Notes under the pieces: generated by a model
Told to the model about the DNA's origin: nothing
What the model saw: only the letters and a program-made list of their open reading frames with translations
Databases searched by the model: none
DNA from: Isurus oxyrinchus
Lineage: Eukaryota
NCBI GenBank assembly: GCA_026770705.1
Contig: JANJGN010000038.1
Coordinates: 6,448,001-6,512,000 of the forward strand
Direction of reading: 5' to 3'
DNA length: 64,000 nt
Program-made: the position numbers and the translations under genes
Shown: in pieces, positions 36,151 through 49,019 of the stretch
How the letters are laid out: each line of letters starts with the position of its first letter
How positions within the stretch are numbered: position 1 is the stretch's first letter

Positions 36151-37198
36151 AGACCTCGCATCTATTTTAATCTTGTTCATATAGAATCATAGAAAGATTA
36201 TAACAGAGAAAGAGGGCAATCGGCCCCACATATTCCCTACAATTCACACTGTGTCTCCTTGTTCTTCGTGCATTGATGAAAATCTTAATTCATCGGCCGT
36301 GAGCCGATGCTCAGGTGAAGTGGCTGAAAGAACAAATGAATTGAAACTTTGATTCGAACCCACGAAGAGAACAGAGGCCAAACAAAACACCTTAACCCAG
36401 CAGGACACGCTCCCACTATCAAAGGTAAACCAACCATTGCCTTGGGTGGTAACGGCTCCAAAATAGAACATAACAAATAGGAGCTGGGATTGACCATTTT
36501 GTCTCTCGAGCACCTCATAGTGTCAGAGAATCAGAGCTAAGGCTACACACAGATGGAGGCCATTCAAACCGAGACATAGGAACAAAGAACCGAGGGGCAG
36601 GAGAAAGCCATTCAGCCCTTTGACCCTGTTTCTCCACTTGATTAGATCGTGGCTGACTTGGTTGTGATCTCAACTCCGCCTTTCTGTCTGCCCCCCAGAT
36701 CCTTTGACTACCTTGTCTTTCAAAAATCTGTCTAATTCTGCCTTGTGTAAATTCAATGAGCAAACCTCTGATGAAAATAATTCCACAGGCCAATGGCGCT
36801 CTGAGAGGGAAAAGTCTCCTTAACTCTGTCTGAAAAGGGAGATCTGTTACTCTTCTGGAGACTAATTCACCTGGTCCTACTCCCCCGCGTTTGTCCTTGG
36901 AGACCTGAACTTCCTGTCCAATTCTCTTTTGAAATCGACTTCTGGACAATCAGAATACTTGGAACAGACAAGACACTGAGAGGCTTGGCTGTGGGAGAGC
37001 TGGTTCCCGGTGACATGGATGTGTCTGCAGTGGGTGGGGTCAAGCCTTTTCCATGTATCCACAATGAATGCCTCAGCCTTTACTTGGGAAGAGTAAAACT
37101 GATAGGGAATAATTGTCATTTCAGTTGCAGCAATCTGAAGCTTTCTCTGACTGAGCGATTTGTTTAGGTATCTTAAAGTGTGCAGGTGCTCTCCTCAA

Positions 37199-37272
37199 GT
37201 CTCTGTGATGTAATTGGTCAGTGCATTCGGCTGCTAACCGAAAGGTTGGTGGTTCGAGACCAACCAGGGACG
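37199..37272 (+). pseudogene. tRNA-Asn-derived gene with GCT anticodon, probably a pseudogene
   Basis: 74 nt. Acceptor stem GTCTCTG/CAGGGAC and anticodon stem TTCGG/CCGAA are intact; the loop is CT GCT AA. The D-stem is decayed and the T-stem has one mismatch. Confidence 0.85.
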
Positions 37273-38329
37273 AAAGTGTTGTTTTCTACTCCCCATTAAC
37301 GCTCTAGGACCCTGAAACCACGAGAAAATTCTACCCCACCCCAACGTTGCCAACTTGGCTGTCACCCACTGAGCTCCCACACCAAGCTTTGTTTATGGAT
37401 ATTCATTTCAGATATAACAAAGAGAATGAACGATCATGTACCCCCATCTAAATCAAAAGAGATCTATGAGGCTTTTGGATTGAAACAAACCCGTCAATTA
37501 ATCGCTCTTCCTCAGCTCAACGCTAAGTGAGACAGGAAAAAGTAGCCACAGACTCTCCAATCACCCACTGCCAGCGGAAGCAGCTTCTTATTTTGCTGAA
37601 TGTTATCTTCAAAACTGGTGAAGAGCGAATCTAATGTGGCTGCAAGATCCTGCATTCAGTTCTTTTCAATAACAAACAGGAATGACAGCGATACAACTTT
37701 TCCACACAGCTAGGTGACAATGTTTTTCCCCTAGCATCGAATGGAGTAACTTGCACATGCGAAATGAGCGGGGTAAATACAACGCTAAAGGAACATTTCC
37801 CTGCCTGGATCCCATTGGAGCTGTCTGGAATGTTAAACTGTGACGCCACGCAGCAGCACTTTGGGTCTTTGTTTTCATTAGGAATGCTGGAGACAGACTG
37901 ATCAACAATGTCATCATCAAATGGCACAGCGCTGTAAGAGGATCTTCTACCCATCGTGTCTATGTCAGTTTTGTACAAAGAGCTTTATAATTAACAGCAA
38001 GAAGCCACCCTCCCACCCATTCTATTTATAACAGCATTTTTTTTTACAAAGATCTTGCCAATTAATCCCAAATTCCTTCTCTGTTTCCATGATTCAGAAT
38101 CTTCTCCCTTTCAACCATTGCCAAATTCCTCTTTGTAGATCGAGTTTCTGCAGAATCCATGCAGTTTGCCTTATTGGACATTTTCCTTACCCAATGAAAT
38201 GAAGAGTTTGACTAGGGTTGCTTCTGCAGTTTTCGATATAAACATTAGTTATTTATTCAATTCACTTCATACTGAACTTACAAAAGACGGTTATTCTGAT
38301 CAGACATGTCCTCAGTATTTTCTCAATCA

Positions 38330-38560
38330 TGATGACCATGAAACTATCATTGATTGCTGTACAAACCCATGTCGTTCACTAGACCTTTAGGGAATTCAAT
38401 CGGTCGCTGTACCTGGTCTGACCTGCATGTAACTCCAGACCCACAGTGATGTGGTTGACTCACAACTACCCTCTGAAAAGGTTTAACAAGTTACACAACT
38501 CAAGGGCAATTCGGGATGGACAACAAATGTTGGTCAACGATGCTCATGAAAGAATGAAGA
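38330..38560 (+). mobile_element. SlmI/MetaSINE-like SINE, 3' part
   Basis: gaccatgaaactatcattgattgctgtacaaacccat...gttcacta...ctccagacccacag...tcaagggcaattcgggatgg. Confidence 0.6.
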
Positions 38561-38927
38561 TCCATGACGAAGAGTGATACAAAATGATTTAACACCATCT
38601 CTCCCATTCCCTCATGCTCAATGACAGTATTAGTTGCGTCTGTATTTAGGGTGGTGCTAGACTTTGGATCACACTAGTAGTCATCTTTCAGTCAGTAAGT
38701 AACTGTGAATTTGCATTTGGAAACTCATTAATTTCTGTTATTGACAAAAGAAAGTAGTATTTTTTGTGCACTGTCAGTTTCAGCTCTCCTGATTTTGAGA
38801 ATGCTTCTTTAAGGCTTGGCGAAGTGTAAATGTAAAGTGGCTGCAAGATACTCTATTCAGTTAATCTTCAACAACAAACATGAATTATGGAACTTTCCCT
38901 CACACTTAGATGTGTAAATCTCGATAA

Positions 38928-38993
38928 TGTTTCCACCCATTTCCAGACAAGGGACCTTTTGCGTGTACGTAGTAACCACTGCACGACAGAAAC
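38928..38993 (-). pseudogene. tRNA-Val pseudogene
   Basis: Reverse complement: gtttctgtcgtgcagtggttactacg...cacgcaaaaggtccc...gggtggaaaca. Confidence 0.75.
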
Positions 38994-39367
38994 ATTGTGC
39001 AGAACCACATGGACTGACTTAGAATATCAAACCGTGCAGTCTTACTGCACTTCCGAGCCCTGTTTTGTGGAAGTACAATTCGGCTGAAAAACATAGCCAT
39101 GCAGCAGAGAAATTGACCTGAAATTAGAATCATAAAATGACAGAGCACATCAGCAGCTCATTCAACACTTCACACATGTGCGAGCTAATTTACTGCAATT
39201 CGTCTAATTTATTGTTTCTTTCTCATGACCGAGCCTTTTGGGGAAAATCATTCAAAGCCTGGGGAAGTGCCAGTGTTACATGGCTGTGAGATAATGTACT
39301 CAGCTATTATTAAGCAACAAGCAGGAATTGTGAAACTTCCCACAATTAAATAATTCAGTTGTGATAA

Positions 39368-39428
39368 TGTTTCTGCCAGCTTTCAAATCGGCAACCTTGA
39401 GCATGTGAAGTTAATGTGATAACCACTA
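39368..39428 (-). pseudogene. tRNA-Val(CAC) pseudogene; the 5' end is interrupted by a short SINE/LINE tail
   Basis: Reverse complement: tagtggttatcacattaacttCACatgctcaaggttgccgatttgaaagctggcagaaaca. Confidence 0.65.
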
Positions 39429-40204
39429 TTTGTTTCTTTATTAATTTATGGGATGTGGACATCGTTGGCAAGGCCATGACACCACAAAAATAATTTGCAA
39501 GAAAAAACAAAAATGATTTCTATTTAATTTCAAACTTTGTAGACATGCTGCATTGCAAGATCCTGTTTCATAGGAATAGAATTGGAGTGGGACATTATGG
39601 AATGCTGCAGAGAAATTGATCTAATTGTAAACTGACACAGCTCATTAGGAGGCCATTCGACCCATCGGGTGTGCGCTTTCTCCAAAGAGCTATCCACTGA
39701 GCTCCAATATCATTATCTTCCTGCATAACCCTGCAGCTTCTTTTTCCATTTCAAATAATTGCCCAATTCCCTTTTGAAAACTCTGAGTTAAGAAAAACAA
39801 CATTGAAAGAGGTGCAGGAGCTTCTCCAGTGTCCACGTACAGTGTGTGAAAATTAGTAAAGTTTCCCTGGCCCAATGACAGTGAGAGTTGGATTAGGGAT
39901 TCATATGTTGTCTTCGATTTCCTATTGAATATTTGAAAGAAGTCCATGATGATCAAGCAACTCTCAATTGGTCATTTTTCTCAGTCGATATAGACAATCT
40001 AATTCCCCTTGCTGTACAGCTTGTTACAAAGGCTGTTATAGAAAAGAGGGAAAGGTTTGCTACAGCTATACAAAGCCCTGCTTAGATCACACTGGAGGAC
40101 TGTTTATAAGGTGCCGTTTCCAGAACTATAAAGGATCAATATTGGTCTTGGAAACAGGGCAGTGCTGATCCAGTAGAATGTCAGTTCTGGAGTGTAAGTG
40201 GACA

Positions 40205-40730
40205 CTGGCCCCTCCGTAAATTGAGGTCATCCAAAACAGCTGCCCGTGTCTTCACTCACAGCAAGTCTCATTCCTCTCTCAGCCCCCTGCTCGCTCACCG
40301 ACATTGGCTCCCGATCAAAGAATTATCTACTTCAAAAGTTCTTATCCTTGTGTTCAAATCTCTCCTTGTTCTCGCTCCTCTCTATCTCTGTAATCTCCTC
40401 TATCCCCACAAGCCTCAGATATCTGTGCTCCTCTAATTTTGGCCTCTTGTACATTCCGAATCAGAACCCCTCCACCATTGGTGACCATAGTTTCAGTTGC
40501 CAAAGCCCCAAGCTCTGGAATTCTTTCCCTAAACCTCTCTGTCTCTCCACCTCACTCTGCTCCTTTAAGATTCTTCTTAAAACCAACCTCTCTGACCAAG
40601 CTTTTGGTCACCTGGCCTAACATCTCCTTCTGTGTGCCAGTTTCAGACTCTGTTATATAATGATCCTGTGAATCATCTTTGGAGGTTTAATTACGTTAAA
40701 GGCGCCATCTAAATATAAGCTGTTGTTGTA
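40205..40730 (+). mobile_element. L2 LINE 3' end
   Basis: AARVFTHSKSHSSLSPLLAHRHWLPI...KVLILVFKSL..LAPLYL, plus an L2 tail. Confidence 0.85.
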
Positions 40731-40987
40731 ATGAGGCACACAGGGAAGTAGACAGATTCTTCTTGTACCGTTCATCCTGATCATTTTTGATCTGAAGATG
40801 CACAACTAATGTGAATAAAGTTTGTTCTGTGAAAAATGTGTCCATTTCGTTGGGGTACTGAACCACATTGACACTTACACAGACAAACGGAAAGAAGAAA
40901 CCATGGGAGTGTTTGCATGGTTTTGATTCCGTTTATCTAATAATTAATTCCATAGGCACCTTATCAAAATCAGGAATGATGAGAATT

Positions 40988-41060
40988 GGAGCTGGTAGGA
41001 TTTGTGAGGAGACCCCACAGGATTCCAACTCCATCCCCTTATCCACGCCGCCATGAACAC
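40988..41060 (-). pseudogene. tRNA-Ser remnant
   Basis: Reverse complement: gtgttcatggcggcgtggataaggggatggagttggaatcctgtggggtctcc...aatcctaccagc. Flank is paralogous to the other Ser copies. Confidence 0.55.
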
Positions 41061-41307
41061 AGGACTGACACTGACGTCACTGCTGCTTGTAGAAAATCAT
41101 CGACAGCCACGTCGGATGGTCATTCAGTATGTCGTTCACATGCCAACTCTCTGGAAGAGCAACTCAACTACTGTAATTCCACACCCCGCCTTTTCCCCAG
41201 AGTAACTCACATTTATATTGTCTCTCCTCATTCTTTCTGTCAAAATGCAACACTGCGCACTCAATTTGAGGTGGTGCTTGTTTGTCCAAATGGGGTTGCT
41301 AAATGTT

Positions 41308-41389
41308 TGGCAGCTGTGGGATTTGAACCCTCATTTCCATAGAAACTGATGCCTTCATCCAGCAACTTAAACCACTTGACCACCCTGTC
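41308..41389 (-). pseudogene. tRNA-Leu(AAG) pseudogene (82 nt)
   Basis: Reverse complement: gacagggtggtcaagtggtttaagttgctggatgAAGgcatcagtttctatgga...gggttcaaatcccacagctgcca. Confidence 0.8.
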
Positions 41390-42519
41390 ACAGTGGTTCA
41401 AAGCTATTTATCATCCTCTTCATTGGCATTGCCACTGAAATAGAACAAAAGCAATTGAGGAGGAAAAGGCCATTTGGAACCCGGAGCCAGCTCCGTCAGT
41501 TAATCAGATCATCCTGCACTTTGTAACAAACAGAAATTATCTCCACTCAAAAACACAATGAGCTGCAGTGAAGGGTCGGCACTATTTCAACTGTCATTCA
41601 ACTGATTAGGTTAAAATCTCCTACTAGAAATGGCAAGAATTCACTCCGGGTCTGGACTTCAGAAGGACTGGACACAAGGTAACAAAATACATTTCGATAG
41701 AATGGGTTATAAAATGGCAGAATGACTGAGAAATAGGGTAAGAGAGGACTTGATCGAAGCTGTTAATATCAGAAATTGGTTTGGAAAATGCTTCCACTGG
41801 CGGATAGACAGTAATCAATATAAGTTAATCACCAATAAATCCAATGTCCAAATTCATAAGCAACAACGTTAACCAGAGATAAAAGCATAAAGTGATGGAA
41901 ATACTCAGAATATTTGGGAATGTCAGTGGATTGAGAGCCAGAGTTATATTCTTAGGTCTGTGCACAGATTCAGTACAGTTCTACTGAAAAGTCATAGATT
42001 TGTAATGAAAAATGTGTCTGTCTCATCACAGACGCTACCCAACCTGTGTCGAGTTCCAAAATGTTCTGTTTCTATTATAGTTTTAGAGCATCGCTTCTTT
42101 CTTTTCCTTGGATAAGAACGTGGAACTCATTTCCAAAACCGAATGTGAAAATGGATTCACTCTATCATCTGCTTAGTTGACACAGCAGCAGTCATATCTG
42201 ATGGAGAAAATTTAGGCACTTCAAGCGTGCAAAGTTTGGCCACTAGTTAACATAACAGCTTTAAAAGTTCAAAAGATTTAATCCACAATAGGCACATTCT
42301 TACTGACAATACGGAGTTTCAATGTTCAGTGCATGGAAGGAAAAATCACTTCTTCACCTCACCTGCTAAGAATCTAGTGAGTTAACATCTAAGCGAAGGC
42401 AATTTTTGTTTTTGTTTCAGATTTCCAGCAACCACAGTATTTTGCTTTTATCTAACTGTAGGAGCTTGTTCTGTTGTTAATTACACACAGGACAGAAGTA
42501 TGGTGCACTTTGTTGTATC

Positions 42520-42812
42520 AATTGATTTAATAATCTTACATCTTGACCCTAAATCTCCAGTCATCATCGGATCATAGAAAATAATTTTACATACAAAAAT
42601 ATAGACACCCAATGGCAGACCTGTCACCCAGCATTCAGAGCAGGAGAGAAGGTGCCCTATCCCGAGAGCTAGGGCCCTGCGCATGCGCATTACGGAACGT
42701 AATTGGCATCTGCGCTTTACGGTCTTCTGTCTGAGCATGCGTAGTGCTGTCCTGTGACCGGAGCCGCAGAGAGCGGGTTAAAACATGGCGTCTCCAGCAG
42801 AATAACAGAGTT
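42520..42812 (+). promoter_or_regulatory. ZNF promoter cassette, truncated in exon 1 by a PLE
   Basis: Paralogous to 46990-47260. NRF1 TGCGCATGCGCA at 42678-42689. YY1-like AACATGGCG at 42782-42790. Confidence 0.75.
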
Positions 42813-43918
42813 AAAGACAAAACAAAACTGCGGATGCTGGAAATCCAAAACAAAAACAGAATTACCTGGAAAAACTCAGCAGGTCTGGCAGCATCGGCGG
42901 AGAAGAAAAGAGTTGACATTTCGAGTCCTCATGACCCTTCGACAGAACTTGATTTCGAGTCCAAGAAAGAGTTGAAATATAAGCTGGTTTAAAGTGTGTG
43001 TGTGGGGCGGAGAGAGAGAGGTGGTTGTGTAGACAAACAAGCAGTGATAGAAGCAGATCATCAAAAGATGTCAGCGACAATGGTACAAAAGAACACATAG
43101 GTGTTAAAGTTAAGTTGGTGATATTATCTAAACGAATGTGCTAATTAAGAATGGATGGTAGGGCACTCAAGTTACAGCTCTAGTGGGGGTGGAGGGAGCA
43201 TAAAAGATTTTAAAATATTTAAAAATAATGGAAATAGATGGGAAAAGAGAAATCTATAAAATTTATAGGGAAAAAAAAGGGGGAAAAAGGGGGAAACAGA
43301 AAGGGGGTGGGGATGCAGGAGGGAGTTCACGACCTAAAGTTATTGAATTCAATATTCAGACCGGAAGGCTGTAAGGTGCCTAGTCGGAAGATGAGGTGTT
43401 GTTCCTCCAGTTTGCGTTGGGCTTCACTGGAACAATGCAGCAAGCCAAGGACAGACATGTGGGCAAGAGAGCAGGGTGGAGTGTTAAAATGGCAAGCGAC
43501 AGGGAGGTTTGGATCATTCTTGCGGACAGACCGCAGGTGTTCTGCAAAGCGGTCGCCCAGTTTACGTTTGGTCTCTCCAATGTAGAGGAGACCACATTGG
43601 GAGCAACGAATGCAGTAGACTAAGTTGGGGGAAATGCAAGTGAAATGCTGCTTCACTTGAAAGGAATGTTTGGGCCCTTGGACGGTGAGGAGAGAGGAAG
43701 TGAAGGGGCAGGTGTTACATCTTTTGCGTGGGCATGGGGTGGTGCCATAGGAGGGGGTTGAGGAGTAGGGGGTGATGGAGGAGTGGACCAGGGTGTCCCG
43801 GAGGGAGCGATCCCTACGGAATGCCGATAAGGGGGGTGAAGGGAAGATGTGTTTGGTGGTGGCATCATGCTGGAGATAGCGGAAATGGCGGAGGATGATC
43901 CTTTGAATGCGGAGGCTG
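42812..43918 (-). mobile_element. 5'-truncated young PLE: open linker + GIY-YIG frame (43327-43918), 3'UTR and hammerhead (42911-42949)
   Basis: Nearly identical to 1-750 and 2811-3380. Reads SLRIQRIILRHF...GLLYIGETKR...GLNIEFNNFRS. Confidence 0.95.
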
Positions 43919-44109
43919 GATGTTTGATCATTCAATTCAGTCATTACTCGTGACAAAACATTAATCTGAAACCCTCTGACCGACCATACAGAATAGCTGA
44001 CGTTAACCTTGTGTCTAAAACTTACTGTGTGGAGTTTAATGAGCGATCATGAAGGTGGTTTCTCCAAACCTCCTAGGGTTTCCTTCCTTCCTTCTCTCCC
44101 TCTCTAATT

Positions 44110-44355
44110 CCATTCACCTGCTCCGAGTGTGAGAAGGGTTTCACTCGGTCATCTGACCTGCTAACACACCAGCGACTTCACACTGGGGAGAGGCTGTTCA
44201 GCTGTACTTCTTGTGGAAAGAGATTCAGGTCTTCATTCAGCCTCATTGTACACCAGCGACTTCACACTGGGGAGAGGCCATTCACCTGCTCCAAGTGTGG
44301 GAAGGAATTCACCCAGTCATCCAACTTGCTGAGACACCAGCGAGTTCACAAGTGA
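44110..44355 (+). pseudogene. 3' remnant of a ZNF gene (3 fingers + shared 3'UTR, with a CR1 tail inserted at 44390-44600)
   Basis: [24 protein letters not shown]...HQRVHK TGA(44353-44355). Confidence 0.85.
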
Positions 44356-44854
44356 CTACAGAAGTTGGATTCTGCTGTTATTACTGCTGTGTCTGGAATT
44401 CGCTGCCAGAGGAGGTTGTGGAAACAGCTACGATAGTGATGTTTAAGAGGCAGCTTGCCAAATACATGAATAGAATGGGAATAGAGGGATACGGACCCCG
44501 GAAGTGCAAAATGTTTTAGTTGACGGGCAATATGATCGGCACAGGCTTGGAGGGCCGAAGGGCCTGTTCCTGTGCTGTACTTTTCTTTGTTCTTTGTTAA
44601 TCACATCCAGGGCTGAACCATGTTCATTCTGAAAGTTGGGGTTTGTTTCTGCTGATGTTAAAAATCCCTGTTACTGGGCTGGAGTTTAATATTCTGGATC
44701 ATTTGCTGGTTGTGTTCTCGGGGCTGCAGTGTCCCTTTAAGAACCGCTGTCTCTGATCCTTCCCCATAATTCAGGAACTCTCATTAGAAATTAGTTTACC
44801 ACAAGAGGGGGAGCCAATCCAATAGTGATATTGTCACTAGACTAGTAATTCAGA

Positions 44855-46170
44855 GATAAAAACAGAAAATACTGGAAAATCTCAGCTGGTCTGACATCAT
44901 CTGTGGAGTGAGAAACACAGTTAATGCTTTGAGTCTGTTTGACCCTTCTTCAGAGCTAAAGAGAAGTGGAAATGTGACAAAATGTATACTGTTTTAAGAT
45001 GGTGGTTGCGGGGGTGGAGCAGGTGAAGCTGGATCGAGGGCCAGCGATAGGTGGGGCTAAGGAGAGATTGACAAAGATGTCATGGACAAAATGAAGACGA
45101 TGTAAAAGGGAATAAAACATGAATAAATGAATAAAAATGACAATAAGTGGATAAAAAATAAAATAAAATTTTTTTAATGGGTGAAAACGGGAGGAGGATA
45201 GAGGAGAGAGTAGATGCCATGAAGTTGTTGAACTCGATGTTAAATCCAGAAGGCTGTAAAGTGCCTAATCGGAAGAGGAGGTGCCGTTCCTCCAGTTTGC
45301 GTTAAGATTCAATGGAACATTGCAGCAGGCCAAGGACAGACATGTGGGCATGAGAACAGGGTGGTGTGTTGAATTGGCAAGCGACAGGGAGGTCTGTGTC
45401 ATGATTGTGGACAGACCAAAGGTGTTCCTCAAAGCAGTCACCCTGTCTGCGTTTGGTCTCTCCAATGTAGAGGAAACCGCATTGGGAGCAGAAAATGCAG
45501 TAGACTAAATTGAGGGAAATGCAAGTGAAGTGCTGCTTCTCTGAAGAGGAGTATTTGGCCCCTTGGACAGTGAGAAAGGAGTTGGTAAAGGGGCTGGTGT
45601 TGCACCTTTCACGATTGCATGCGAAGGTGCCTTGAGAAGGGGATGAGGTGTTAGGAGTGATGGAGGAGTTGACCAGGGTGTCCCAGAGTAGTCCCTATGA
45701 AATGCTGATGGGGTTGGTGAGGGGAAGATGTGTTTGGTGGTGGCATCATGCTGGAGTTGGCAGAAGTGATGGAGGATGATCCTCTGAATGTGGAGGCTGG
45801 TGGGGTGAAAAGTGAGGACAAGGGAGACCCTATCATGGCTCCTTCCTTAGTGACTGTCTCCGTCTGACTTACCCCGTGTGGATTCAATTGAAGTTGCATC
45901 CCTCATGTTTTGAATCCACCCAGGAAGACAGGTATCTCCGGGACATAGAATGCTCCTCACACTGCTGTTCTCACCTCACATTGAGATCCACACTCAGTGC
46001 CATGCACCACCGTATGTACACACTCGATCTTTCCCTCCAGCAGCACCGACCCATCCAATCTCAAAGCTCTCCTTAACGCCAGTTTCATTTATTTATCACT
46101 TCCAGAACCATGATTGGGTTGCTCTCCCCCTCACTTTTCCCCCACCAGCCTCCGCTTTTAAAGGATCACA
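44855..46170. mobile_element. Older PLE: 3' part on minus (44855-45840) joined to an N-terminal part on plus (45845-46075) and a thumb fragment
   Basis: GIY-YIG remnants on minus. Canonical CTGAAGA hammerhead core at 44919-44957 (-). Plus strand reads ...LRSTLSAMHHRMYTLDLSLQQHR, matching 7990-8060. Confidence 0.85.
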
Positions 46171-47119
46171 GTGATTCATAGTGATGTTCAAAAGAACACA
46201 AGAAATTGGAGCAGGGATAGACCATTGACTGATAGACCAATGATTGAACCTGCTCCACCATTGAATGATCTTCCAGCTCCACTCTACTTTCACCCTACCT
46301 CCATATCCATTGATTTCCTGAGTGTCCACGTATTTATGGCTTTCCACCTTGAATGCTCTTATGATGGAGAACGATGGATTCAATTCAAGTTTTAATCTGG
46401 AAAATGCACAAACAAGGTGCACATGAATTGAAAATTCACTTCATCACTGCTTGACAATCATGTTAACTGAACTTTCCACTGGCCCCGTGCTAAAGTCTGG
46501 TCGTTCTCTGACTGTTTAAAAATAAGAGATCACCTCTTTAAAATGGAGAAGAGGTGATTTTTTCTCTCTCAGAGGATTGTGATTCTTTGGAACTCTCTTC
46601 CTGAAAGTGTGGTGGAAGCAGAATCTTTGAATATTTTTAAGGCAGAGGTGGATAGATTCTTGATGAGCAAGGGGGGGTGATATATTATTGGCGGGAAGAG
46701 GGATGAAGATTTGAGGTGACTGCCAGATCAGCCATGATCTTATTAAAAGGTAGAACAGGCTCAAGGGGGCATATACCCCTTCTCCTTGCTCCTACTGCTT
46801 GTTCATATGTTCATATGTTTGTCCTTTACTAACAAAAACTAAGTTTAAAAGTTCTATTTACGGGAAGAAATATTTGGTTCGCACTGCAGACTAAGACTCC
46901 AGAGAGTTCACACTGAACTGTAGAGGATTGTTCTGCTATTTGCACCCAGGACAGAACTATAGCAGAAACCCATGCACTTTGTTTGTTACATCAATTGATA
47001 AATAATGTTATATCTTGACTCTGGCATCCAGTCATCATCGGATCACAAACCATAATTTGCTGTGCAAAAGAAAAGGGCTTTCAATGGCAGCGGGACCACC
47101 CAGCATTCAAATGGGAGAA

Positions 47120-47560
47120 GAATGTGCCCTATCCTCAAAACAGTAGCTCCCTGCACGTGCGCATTACTGTCTGTTTCATGAGCATGCGCAGTGCTGGGCT
47201 GTGACTGTAGCTGCTCATCGCAGTTGCGAGAATGTTGAGTGGAGCAAACTAACAGAGTTAGTGTGTGTGTGAGGAGGAATGGAGCCAGCGGAGTGGGCAG
47301 GGAGGCTTCATAAAGACACAGTGCAGGCCTCAGACCCCACATAACAAGGTACCGGTCTTGTGTTTGCAGAAAATGGGCCGAAAAAGTCTGGATTTCTCCC
47401 TTTGCCAGGCCCAGGGTAACGGCCGCCATCCTTATAGGGGGCAATGTGCAGCAGGGCGCATGCGCGGTCATCCTGGTCCAGATAGTAGGAGGAGAGAATG
47501 TTGTGAATTTCTATCCTAGACTGACAGGGATGGATTTAGGAAACTCTTTTTACAGGGGGT
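47120..47560 (+). promoter_or_regulatory. ZNF promoter, non-coding exon 1 (donor GT at 47349) and intron with YY1 + NRF1
   Basis: TGCACGTGCGCA, AGCATGCGCA, GCCGCCATC (47422), GCGCATGCGC (47456-47465). Acceptors TTTTACAG near 47555 and 47919. Confidence 0.75.
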
Positions 47561-48073
47561 TAGAAGGGGAGAATTTACACACAGCAAACTCAAACCAAGA
47601 GAAATGTTTGTCTCTTCTCAGTTTCTAATCTTGAACTTACAGTCTCCTTTTCCAATTCCTTTTACAGCAGGGCTGTAGAACTGAACCCAGCCAGAGCAGA
47701 GGGAGAGAGAAAATTGGGAGAGGAAAGAAATGGTGAAGATTGGATCTCTTGGTTTGGATTTCTCATCACAGGAAGGAGAGTGTGTGTGGGACTGTGATTT
47801 ACAGTTTGGGATGGGGGAGGGGAGCTGAGAGGAAGAAATATTCTGTAGCAAGTGGAATTGTCAATTACTAATTTCCATGCTGGACTGACAGTGATGACTT
47901 TTATTAACTCCTTTTACAGGGTCTTAGAAGGGAAGCATTTTCAGATGCTAAACATCATCAAATATTAAGATTTGTAGATTGGAAATGCAAACCAAACATC
48001 ACATCAACATCTGACTGAGTCACTCGATTCATCAAGACCTGAATAGAATTGACCTTTGAATGTGGAAGGGGAA

Positions 48074-49019
<946 letters not shown>

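Noticed and set aside
37721-37793. Possible third tRNA-Val relic (-)
   Set aside because: Only the termini and the flank resemble the 38928 copy; it is too decayed to list as a feature.
47265-47519. Similar ORFs MCEEEWSQR.../MCEEHWFQR... (also 27241-27579) as a novel N-terminal effector domain
   Set aside because: They have non-ATG starts, frameshifts between paralogues, and run across a splice donor into YY1/NRF1 sites. The similarity is explained by DNA duplication of a non-coding exon.
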